Shown here: piece after piece, positions 27,301 to 39,300 of the stretch
How positions within the stretch are numbered: position 1 is the stretch's first letter
Layout: every line of letters starts with the position of its first letter
Source: Mytilus trossulus
Lineage: Eukaryota
Length of the DNA: 64,000 nucleotides
NCBI RefSeq assembly: GCF_036588685.1
Contig: NC_086386.1
Span: 48,484,001-48,548,000, forward strand
Direction: 5' to 3'
Program-made: the position numbers and the translations under genes
Notes under the pieces: generated by a model
What the model saw: the letters and a program-made list of their open reading frames with translations, nothing else
What the model was told of the DNA's origin: nothing
Databases searched by the model: none

Positions 27301-30300
27301 GTATGGTCTTGAGGAAACGATGATAGTCCGTCGGAAGGGGACGATAAATAACTGACCCGTGTTAAGAAAGAGCCATATCTCTTGTAGATTTCGAAAAAGA
27401 GTAGGCTAATGCCGCAACAAGGCAACACCCGCAAAGTGGAAAAGGATTAATATAAGTTGTAAAACTTGTTTTCCAATCCACTATAAATAAATATGTTTAA
27501 ACTAAACCAAGTAGAATTATCTAATTGTTTAACCAGCATTTATTTGTATTTCATTGATGAAAGTCCTGAATAGATACCTTATATCTTACTTTTCACCTTT
27601 ATACAGTACTTTTTATGTGTTAGCGTGAAAATCATTGTTTCATGACTTCAATAGAAAACTGGTATGCTTGCCATGAGAAAACTATCCACTAAAACATCTA
27701 AGGAATGTGACAAGTTTAGCAAAATTCTAGATAGCATTTAGATCTTTTATTAATGGTCTCTTCAAATATCAGATGAATTCATTCTGTCTGAGGCAAAAGA
27801 AAGAATCATGAAATTTACCATACATATTAACTCCTTTAAACTAAAACACAGCAATACAGTTCACACAAAATGTTAAATCTTTGCAGCTTTTATTTTTCAT
27901 ACGGCAGTCTCAGAATATTTAGTTTCATTGATTGAAATTTTGTTTGAGACAATCTCGTGTTTAAATTCAAATTAAAAAATAAATCTGCTACTTAATATAT
28001 TTTTAATTTACCATCACATCTGTGAAATCCATCTCCAGTGTAGCCATTCATACAGACACATGTAAAGTTGTCACATCGAGCATTAGGGGCACAAATTTTC
28101 CCTCCACATATACCATCAGCTACAATAAATTACAATAAATGTAGATTTATCACAACAAGCATTTAGGTTGTCCCATCATTAGATTAAAAATGTTCCATCC
28201 ACACAAATACCATTTGCACAAAGTACTGTTCGCCATTAACTTTCAATGAAATGTAATCATTATATCAATGATGATGTTGATAGTTTGAAGCTATATTTCT
28301 AGTACCACAATATCATAGAATATATTACCCTTTGTTGGAAATATAACATTGCTATGCAATTCTATATACTGTGGATTCATTTATTTTCGTGGGTACCAAT
28401 TTTTCTGGATTGAGAAAAATTTACATGTTTGTGGATATTTAATTTCGTGGTTTTGCCAAAATCTGCATACAAGCCTATAGAAAATTAGGTTCACCTGTTC
28501 CCACGAAAATTGGTATCCAACAAATAATAATGAATCCGCAGTATATATAACATCTTATATCTATGTATGATTATAAACTAGGACACAAATATCTAAAACC
28601 ATTTTATTTTACAGTGTAGCCTGCCTAATTCAACACCTGAGTATTCCAACATCCTGCTTTAACACATTTTCCTGGTCCCATAGTATGCATATCATTGCAG
28701 AAAAAAACTTGAGTTTTCCGACACCAAGCTTAATCTGACATTTTTTTCTTGTACCTCTGTGTGTCGGATTAAGCAAGTTACAATGTAACTGCTTTCTCCA
28801 TTAAAGTTAATAACATTTCAAACATGCCATGCAATCAAAGTACTGACCTTCACATTTGTATGTACCATCTCCATGGTAACCAGTAACACATTCACAACGA
28901 TTCCTGACACATGTTGAATGTTCTACACATCGATGATTTCCACAGAGAGCTGAAATATACAATGTTAACTGCTAATTATAATTCAACAAGTAAATTTATA
29001 AGAATATATTGTTAAAACCCTTGGGGAAATTTAGATGTAAGTTTAGTGTCTCAGTCTGTTATAGTGATCCTTTTCAGTTTAAATTGAGGTTATAAATTCA
29101 AATTCAGCACATTGCAGGTGCATTCAACTCCAATCTGAATTGACTATGATTACCAATTTTCCTGTTGAAGATTAATGGTTCTCTCAGGGCATATGCCTTC
29201 TCCACCTTAAAATCTGGGAGTTTTCATATACAGTAGTGCTGAAATTGGCTTTAAACATCAACAATCAATCAATCAAAATCAATTTTGCTCATTGTTGAAG
29301 GCCGTACGGTAACCTATAGTTGTTAATGTCTGTGTCATTTTGGTCTTTTGTGGATAGTTGTCTCATTGGCATCTTCTTTTTTATATTTGCATTGGAAACT
29401 TAGTTTGAGCACAGATACCTTATTTCATGAATATGAAATTTAAAAACAAAATATATTGTTTGCCAATTTCTTTTGTCAATTTGTAGATGGATATTTCCCA
29501 TTAAACTATGCTTAGCTATAATTTTATAAAGTCTGAATAAGCTGGTCTTACCTACACAGTTTTGATAGCCATCTCCAGTATAGCCATATTTACAGTGACA
29601 TTTAAAATCCATACATTCTGCATTGAAATGACAAGTATGTCCTCCACACCGAGTCAGGGCTAACAAATAAAATGAAAATAAATATTTGCAAGCATGAATA
29701 CCATAAATGGGCTTTCTACAACTGTTGTTACAATTTATCAAATAAAATAGGCCAATTTTCAGGGAATGAGGAAAAGTAGTATTTTCTTGGATATGAAATT
29801 TTGTGGTTTTGCCAAAGACTACATATAAGCCCATAGAAAAATTGGAATTGAAAATTATGACTAAATTAGGAATAATGAATCTCACTCCTACAGTTTAAAA
29901 AAATTTACATATTCGTGGATATTTAATTTCGTGGTTTTGGCAAAGTCTACACTCATTCCTTAAGAAAATTTGTTATTCGTTGAACATTTGAATTCATGGT
30001 TCTCCTGTTCCCACGAAATCCACGAAAATTGGTATCCAACGAATATTAATGAATCCACAGTACCGCATCTGATTCATATAATTTTGAAAATACATTTATT
30101 CCTATTGTATCTTTAAATATTTCCTTTTCCCACAAAAATAAAGATATTTTTTTCAAAATTATGACAGAAAATCAACTACAAATGTAGTAATACTTTTGTC
30201 AACTTCTTCATTAACCAAATTAAAACAAGAGCAATGAATGAATTGAGCAATGTTGCTCATAATTTGTTCACACTATAAGATTATCTTAACAAGTGAAACT

Positions 30301-33300
30301 GCGAGCTACTGCTCACTGATGATACCCCCGCCGCAAGTGGATAATATTAATAGTGTAAAAATATGCAAGTGTTCGGTAAACAGGAAGTTGTCCAGTGATG
30401 AATCTGAAAACGCATCACACGGTATAGCTGACTTATATAAATCCTGAAACCAAATTTCAGAAATCCTTGTATTGTAGTTCCAGAGAAAAATGTGACGAAA
30501 ATTTTCAACTTGGCTATCATGTGTAAAATCATACAAGTGTTCGGTAAACAGGAAGTTGTCATGTGATCAATCTGAAAATGCATCACACAGTATATCTGAC
30601 TTAGATAAACCCTGAAACCAAATTTCAGAAATCCTTGTATTGTAGTTCCTGAGAAAAATGTGACGAAAATTTTCAACTTGGCTATCATGTGTAAAATCAT
30701 ACAAGTGTTCGGTAAACAGGAAGTTGTCAAGTGATCAATCTGAAAATGCATCACACGGTATAGCTGACTTAGATAAACCCTGAAACCAAATTTCAGAAAT
30801 CCTTGTATTGTAGTTCCTGAGAAAAATGTGACGAAAGTTTCATGGGACGGACTGACTGACGGACGGACTGACGGACGGACAGACAGAGGTAAAACAGTAT
30901 ACTCCCCCTTTTTTAAAGCGGGGGTATAATTAAAGAAAAATACTTACGCTCACAAAGTATGAATCCATTTCCATGGTAACCACCGATACATTGACAAGTT
31001 TCATTGCGACAGACAGAAAATGGCATGCAAGGTTTGCCTCCACACAGAGCTGCAAAAAAAATAAGAGTGTAATTTTACATAGAATTACACAGAGCAAATG
31101 CAAGGATCAATCAGTGCATACCACAGGTTCAAAGAATTTCATTTTGAAGAATAGATACATTTTCAGAATCACTATTGCTCTGATCATATCTGAGCTTTAA
31201 CATTATGAGTTTTTTCATGTATTCAATATACTAATAATTCATGATTTTATGGTTTAATCCTTTAATCAACAGGAAGTAATGACCACCATTATTCATAAAC
31301 ATGTTTAAAGGGGCACTAGCTACGAGATATTTAAGGTGGTACCCAACACCTTTACAAAAATTAATTTGGCTCGTTTAATTTTCATGAAGTTTCGACAAAG
31401 TATTTACTTTGACCCTCTGACAAAAATATGAAAGTTTTAAAACTTTTGAACAAACTGTTTTATCAGAAAAATTATACTGGTTATATAGCAGTTTGACAAA
31501 CAGTAATTTGATCATTAAGAAGCTTAATAATATTGCCTTCATAACACAACGTAATTAAAGCGTTTAGTTGATTTTACAGAGTTATCTCCCTGTAGTGTTA
31601 GGTACCACCTTAAAAAATCTGAAGTGTGATTTTTTTCTGTTCAGTCAATAATGAAAGTGAAATAGTGAAATAACAATTCCCTTATTGCAGCCAAAAAGGT
31701 TCAATTTTGTCAAATTACGCTAAGAAACATTAATAATTTGTTATTCATTTGCAAGTGAATGAGTCGATCCCTTTAAATCCGTATTCATGTGAACTTCAAT
31801 TTAACCCCTAGCTAGAGATTGACAACGCATGCATTGAATGTGTACTGCCTATTCAAAGAAAAAGAATGTCTACAATGAAAATGAAACTACAGTAAATCAT
31901 TTGATTACTAATTCGATTCACATAAAATCATTCTTATACAGTTAAAAACAATGAGAAACATCTATTTTTAATCTATAAAATAAAATCAAACAGACCTATG
32001 AAAATCCATCACGTGTTGGTTTCATCTATTCATATCTTTATTTATGTTTTTATCGCTTATATGGTCATATGAGGTCACATCAATAGTTTATTAGATGGCC
32101 TCTAGACTAAAATACACACGAAACGAACCTAAATATTATCTACCCCTTGCTCTGTAAACTGTTTATTTTAGACTTTTGATAGTTTGGAAAAATGTTTCAC
32201 ATTGTTATCAATCAATTATGAGAATTTAAGTCAAATTGGTGACCATGGATTTGACAGCTAGTGCCCCTTTAAATTCATCATATGCAAAAACTCACACTTC
32301 ATTTTCCTACCTCTAAAGTAAAATAGCTATCCCCATAGTAATAATGATTTCCTTTTCACTTTAAATTAGCAGCCTCTGCAGGTTTTAAATTTTAAATAAT
32401 CAGTAACCATCACCATAGTAACTGTGTACTACAGCACTTTAAATCAACAGGGTCTGCAGGTTCTTACTTTTATATTACAATAACAATCACCATAATTACC
32501 GTCTGTGAATTCAAATTTTTAATCAACACACAAAATACATGTTTTTATCTTTACACCGGCTGTAACTATCACTATAGTAACCATGTTTCAATCCACATTA
32601 ATAATTTACACACTTACCCTCACATTGACTGTAACCATCACCATAGTAACCATGTTTACATCCACATTTGTAATTCACACACTCAGAATGTTCAGCACAT
32701 CTCTCTCCATTACATATCCCCAACACTAAAAAAAAACAAAAAAAAACATGAGCTCAAACATTGAGATGTCCCTCCTGCTGCAAATAATCTATTCTAAAGT
32801 TCTATACACTCCAAGGTCAAGGTTATATAAAGCTTGTCAGTAGCTCATGTATAGTTAACAAATTAATTTACAAAATATTTTACAGGTCAATGTTTAAAGC
32901 CGGCTGGATTTTTCCAACCATTTCCGAGAAAATCATACCTGATCATATGCATGAAGCACAAAAATAAGGTCAAATTTAAAATGAGGAAATGTGGTGTGAT
33001 ACTATTGAGATAATTACCCATAAAAAACAATTTGATGCAGATGTAGAGAAGTATATTTTATATTCACTGTAATTATATTTAGAGCTAAATGTCTTACAGC
33101 AAATGGATAGATATACCTGTCAAAACAAATTATTTACAAAATATTGTTGTCCTGTCATTTCTTTATGTATTAATGATGTTTCAAATTTACCAATTGTAAA
33201 CTTTGACATAAAATTGTACAGTGATAACAGTTCAGGAAAAGTAGGGAAAAACGTTATCTGGGGTGTTTATTGTCCTACACAACAAATTTATGGTCAAAGT

Positions 33301-36300
33301 TGAACAGAACTTTTAAGAAAAATCAGACTTACATTCACACTTATAGTATCCATCTCCATGGTAACCTTGTTTACACAAACATTTACCATCCACACAGTTG
33401 GCACTGTGTACACACTTCCTGTTATTGCAGTATGCTATAAAATAATTTAAAAAAACTTGCATAAAATGGAGATTTTTTAACATGAATTTGTGTCCATTGC
33501 CGTAATTGGTATTCTGAATTTTGCAATTTTACATTTACAACCTTTAGTTTTAAAAATGAATAGAGGAAAAATGATGTTGAAGGGCTGTTTACCTCCAATA
33601 ATTAATTCATATATTCAGGAAAACCTATTTCTTTCTCCTATCCTATTCTATTATGTGATATGATATTAACCCTGCTTAATTTGTACTAGACCAACCCACT
33701 GAAACCACTATTTTTTTATGCTTTTTCACAAGGTAACCATCCATAAAATAAGATGTCATCTTACCATGCAGGACACATTTATGTACTCCTAGTCAACCAG
33801 TCATTGGACTTACTCCTATATATGAGGGGGAGGACAGGGGAGTACCCTTCTCCCTTCTCCCATCCCTCTTCTCCTTTCTCCTACGACCTCTTCTCCTTAT
33901 TTTTTTTTTTTAATTTACCGGAAAAATGAGAGATATTTTATTTTTTCATATTTTATTTTTTTCTCCAACTTTTTCTCCTTTCTCCCAACCTTCCTCTCCT
34001 TTCTCCTACACCCTTTCTCCCACCCCTTTCTCCCTATCTCCCTTACCCCTGTCCTCCCCCTATATATAACATGGAGACGCAGCAAATACCCATGTTCAAG
34101 TAAATGGTTGGACACTACTGAGGATAAATCACATGACCTCTCCTGCTTGAGGTTGGCATGCTACAAGATGGATGTGGAGCAATTGAATCACAAAAATAAA
34201 AGCGAGCTCTAGTTTATATCTTCATACTCACGTAAACACATATCATTTCCTATTCCATAGAAACCCTTTTTACAAACACAATGGTAGTTAAGGCATTCTG
34301 CATTTTTACAACAAACTTTCCCTCCACAAGTTCCAACATCTGAAATTAAATCATAAGGAAGCATACATATTATTTTACATGTTCAGTTTATATCATTTTC
34401 ATTACATGCACACAATATTAATCTAATTACAGTATTAGTAGATTCATATTCAAGTTGACCATGTATTGGTATAAAGGCTGTTCCAAATTTTGTGTTTTTG
34501 TTTGTGTGGGGGGAGGGGGGATATAAGGCATTTATACTAAATATTCAGTAAGAAAATGAAAATAACACATAAAGCGTGGTTGGGGTCCAAAAAAGTGTCC
34601 CACTGTCCCCAATGCTTTTAATTAAAGGAACCACCTTTAAATGATAAGGTAAATGAACATTACTGTTAACCAACTTATTTTCGTGAGCGATTTATTTTCG
34701 TGACTTTCGCGAGTAGAAAAATAACGTGAATATAAATCGTCGCAAATGTGTAAACCTTGGATCTTTCCTTATTAAACTTCATCAAGTAAATCAGAAAATC
34801 GTGAAATTAAATAACCGCGAAGTGGTCAAGAAAGGGTATAACGCAAATTAAAGTATCTGCGAAAAATAAGTTGGTTTACAGTATTTAGTGTTGCTACCAC
34901 TATTTCTACATTTGTTTTTAGGTGTTTAACAATCTTTGCAAACATAGACAGCTTGAAATCTTTGGTGAGGATTATTTTCAATTTCACATTTTTTGTTATT
35001 TATATAGTTTAATCCTAGGTTTACTTAACATGTGACCCTGAACGAGACAATTTAGTTTTATTGTTTGGTCTGGTTATGCTAGCTGCTGTGGATTCCTCTA
35101 TATACGTGGGTACCAATTTTTCGTTGCTTGAGGAAAACTTGCATTTTCGTGGGTATTTGATTTTGTAATTTTGTCAAAGTCAGAAGAAGGATATACATTA
35201 CGAAGAAAATTTTGGATCAATATGTATATACATGTATTTAAATTAAGTCGTTCCTTGCTCTAAAATTAGTTCTTACATACCTTCACATTTAACTTTTCCG
35301 TCACCATGGTAACCTATTTCACATTTACATTCCTCCCCGATACAACTGGAATGTTCTTTACACTTGTGGCCACCACAATATGCTGTTTCAAAACAAAGTA
35401 AAAAAAAATTAAAATTAACAATATAATTTGTAGTTTCTGTGTGTCGACACTGATTATATGGTGATTGCTGCTGTCAGGGTAAAAGAGTAATGTTGATTGC
35501 AGAATAATCCAAAATACAGAACAACATTTGATATGGTTATATTTATAAATTTACTGTTCACATAATTAAATTTTTGAAATACTAAGGCTTTTCTACCTCA
35601 GGCATAGATTACCTTAGCTGTATTTGGCAAAACTTTTAGGAATTTTGGTCCTCAATGCTCTTCAACTTCGTACTTTATTTGGCCTTTTGAACTTTTTTGG
35701 ATTCAAGTGTCACTGATGAGTCTTTTATAGACGAAATGCTTGTCTGGCGTTTAAACAAAATTTAGTACTGGTATCTATGATGAGTTTATTTGTCTTAAAG
35801 ATGCAAGTACTTTTCTTGCAAAAATAAATTATGACCAATCTGTTTCATTATGCACAAACATATTGACTTGTTTTTTTCCTGTATTTTTGCACATATTCAT
35901 ATGGTTATTATGGTAATAAATATGTCATTTACAGCCAGGGTTTCCCCTGGGTCAATTATTTTTTTCGCCACCTCTTTCGCCAAAACAATATATTTTTCGC
36001 CACTTTTTTTTTTTTTTCGCCAAATAACATAACTATATTTTTCGTTTAAAATTTACATTTTTTTCTACCCCCCCCCTCCCCCTTAAATAAGATGATTTTG
36101 CCCATTGCGTCTATGATTATACTCTCAAACTTATTTTAGAGTTTACATGTTAATGAATAAACACTAAAAATTTACTTTAAAACAGCAGATTTTTTTTAAC
36201 TTAAAAGGGAAAACTATTCATTGTATTTTAAACAACTTTTCTAAAGCCATTGATTGGGCCACTATACTTTACATAATCAAGAAGATATATGTCCTGGAAT

Positions 36301-39300
36301 ATAACAAAATTAATGGACATGTTTTGATTATATAATACCAGTATAGTTCGTAGTGAAAATTTCTTTAAAAGAAAAATACTAATGTTCCCTTCAGTACTAA
36401 GAATTTTGTTTTACTACAAAACAAAAGCTTTTATCACATGAAATTGATCCCTCGTTTCATGTGTAGTCATTACATTGAAGGGCTACTCTCATTCGAGCCA
36501 ACCTTTTGGATAGATTTCTTCATAACGACAGTTTTCTTTTCTTGACCATCGTAAATGAAAAAGTTGAGACGTAAAACTAGGCTTAAAACACGTGAATCAC
36601 TCAAACGACTTTAAAAACGTCTTCCTAATCAATTACCGATATTTAAGTCAAAGGATAATTAAAGTTTTAAATCCGAGATTTTTCTTGCTTTTGGACATTT
36701 TTCGTCACAACAACAGCTTTCTTTTCTAAACTATCTTTAAAAGCGGAGGAGACGTCAAAAGTTTGCTTCAAACACGTGCGTCGCAAAGTGGTAAATAAAT
36801 TCTGTATGTGACATTTAGCAGAAGCCATTTAACCATATCATTTTGTCAAACAATTCAATCAACACCTTTATTAATATAGTCCTTTGTTGTCGATAGCTAT
36901 AAAATGCAATCAGCTGATTATTGATTTTCTGTCCAAACCTTAATGAGGTCAAGGTGAATTCCGAGTATTGTCTGATCGGGTAAAGTCCGAGAAACTCGAA
37001 AAAAGTAAATAAACAAGATGGAGGAAAATAAATCGTTCTATATATTTCTTTCGCCAAATTCTTTCGCAAATGACGAATTTTTATCGCCACAATTATTATT
37101 TTTTCGCAAATTGCGAAAATGGCGACCGCCAGCGGAAACCCTGTTTACAGCAGATTCCATTGAGTGTGTAGCGAAAGATTGTATCTTTGGTTAGCTTGCT
37201 TGTTAGCTGAACTGTATAGTCTTTATTAGGTAAGGTATACTACCCTCCTTTCAAAGTAGCATAGTCCAACAGACAAATAGATTGGTTTTCTGTCGTACTA
37301 GTCTATTCTTAAAGTAGGGTAATTTACTTAACCTAACAATGACTCCACTGTTCAGCTAACAAGCAAGCTAACCAAAGATATTACCTTTGGCTACACACTC
37401 AATGGAATCTGCTGTAACTATAGAACCAATATTTCTTTGTTGGGAACCACAATTTTTTCTTCTTTTAAGTTATGTCCTTTCTATTGACAGAATTGGAACA
37501 TACCTGTACATGTGATGCCATCTCCATAGTAACCAAATTTACATTTACACTGGTAATCTTCACAGACAGCATACTGATGACAAACTCGACCTCCACATAA
37601 AGATAGAACTAAAAATATAAGTTATATAAAAACTGTTAATATATTAGAGCAGGCTTGTCACAAATCTTTATCTCGTGCCTGCTTTTTAGTGCTTTAGGTC
37701 ATCAAAATAATTAAAGTGTTCCGATTTTCCAGCTTTCATCTTCCCAGTGGGTTTGGGTAAAACAATATATCTTGTGCTTATCTATTTTTAATTTACAAAA
37801 AAATAAAAAAAAGAAGATGTCCTTGGTACAGTTGAATGCATTGATGTAATCACTGAAGTGTTGATACTAAGTCACAGTAATAGTTCTATGCTGGATTTAA
37901 ATGTTTGTTGTAGTGAAACAGCACACAGATTTAGAACTAAATATATCTTAAAACAACAATGAATATTTAACATTTCAAAGTTTTCATTGATAAAGTAGCA
38001 ATTTTCATACATATATAGTAAGCGTATTATTCCTTATCAAAACATTGCTTTCTTATACAACTATTTAATATACCTTCACATTTTCTAAGTCCATCACCAT
38101 GGTAACCTGGACCACACACACAATGTTCATGTGGACTACACACAGCACTAGCCACACATATTTTCCCATTACACAGTTCTAGAAATGACAAATAATGTTA
38201 CATATAAACATTAGAGTTTCATTGTTTATACTAAGATCTTTTCCAAAGAATAATAATTTTCAAGTATGATTAGCCACACATATTTTCCCATTGCACAGTT
38301 CTAACAAGAGGCTGTCACAACGACAGCAAACCGGATTTATTAGCATTTATTTGTGTCCTGGCAATATCACAAAAACCATTACTGATGATTGGTGAAAGTG
38401 AAAATCGTCAATATCAAATTCAACCTCTATTTTGTCATCAGTATCAACATATTAAAATTTGAAAAGCTTAGATTGAATGGTTCGTGAGTAAATGCAACAA
38501 CGTGAATGGAAACACCATTTTACGATCTTTCAAGAACCATAACTCCTGAACGGTAAAAGTTAAAATCGTAATTATTGAACTTGACCTCTATTTTGTCATC
38601 AGTAACAACATAATAAAATTTGAAAAGCTTTTGTTGAATGGTTCATGAGAAAATGCACGGACACTACTGGAAACACCATTTTTCAATCTTTCAAGAACCA
38701 TAACTCCTGAACGGTAAAAGTCAAAATCGTCAATATTAAACTTGACCTCCATTTAGTCATCAGTAACAACATATTAAAATTTGGGAAGCTTTGGTAGAAC
38801 AGTTCATGCGTAAATGCACGGACACGACTGGAAACGCAATTTTACTATCTTTCAAGAAACATAACTCCTGAACAGTAAAAGTCAAAATCATCATTATTGA
38901 ACTTGACCTCTATTTTGTCATCAGTAACAACATATTAGAATTTGAAAAGCTTTGGTTGAATGGTTCATGAGAAAATGCACGGACACGACTGGAAACACCA
39001 TTTTTCAATCTTTCAAGAACCATAACTCCTGAACGGTAAAAGTCAAAATCGTCATTATTGAACTTGACCTCCATTTTGTCACCAGTAACAACTTATAAAA
39101 AATTGGGAAGCTTTGGTAGAACAGTTCACTGGTAAATGCACGGACACGACTGGAAACGCCATTTTTCAATCTTTCAAGAACCATAACTCCTGAACGGTAA
39201 AAGTCAAAATCGCCATTATTGAACTTGACCTTCATTTAGTTGTCAGTAACAACATATTAAAATTTTAAAAGCTTTGGTTGAACGGTTCATGAATTAATGC

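Noticed and set aside
30250-30754. ORFs with repeated peptides
   Set aside because: Translations of the 168-bp internal repeats of a Helentron-like element.
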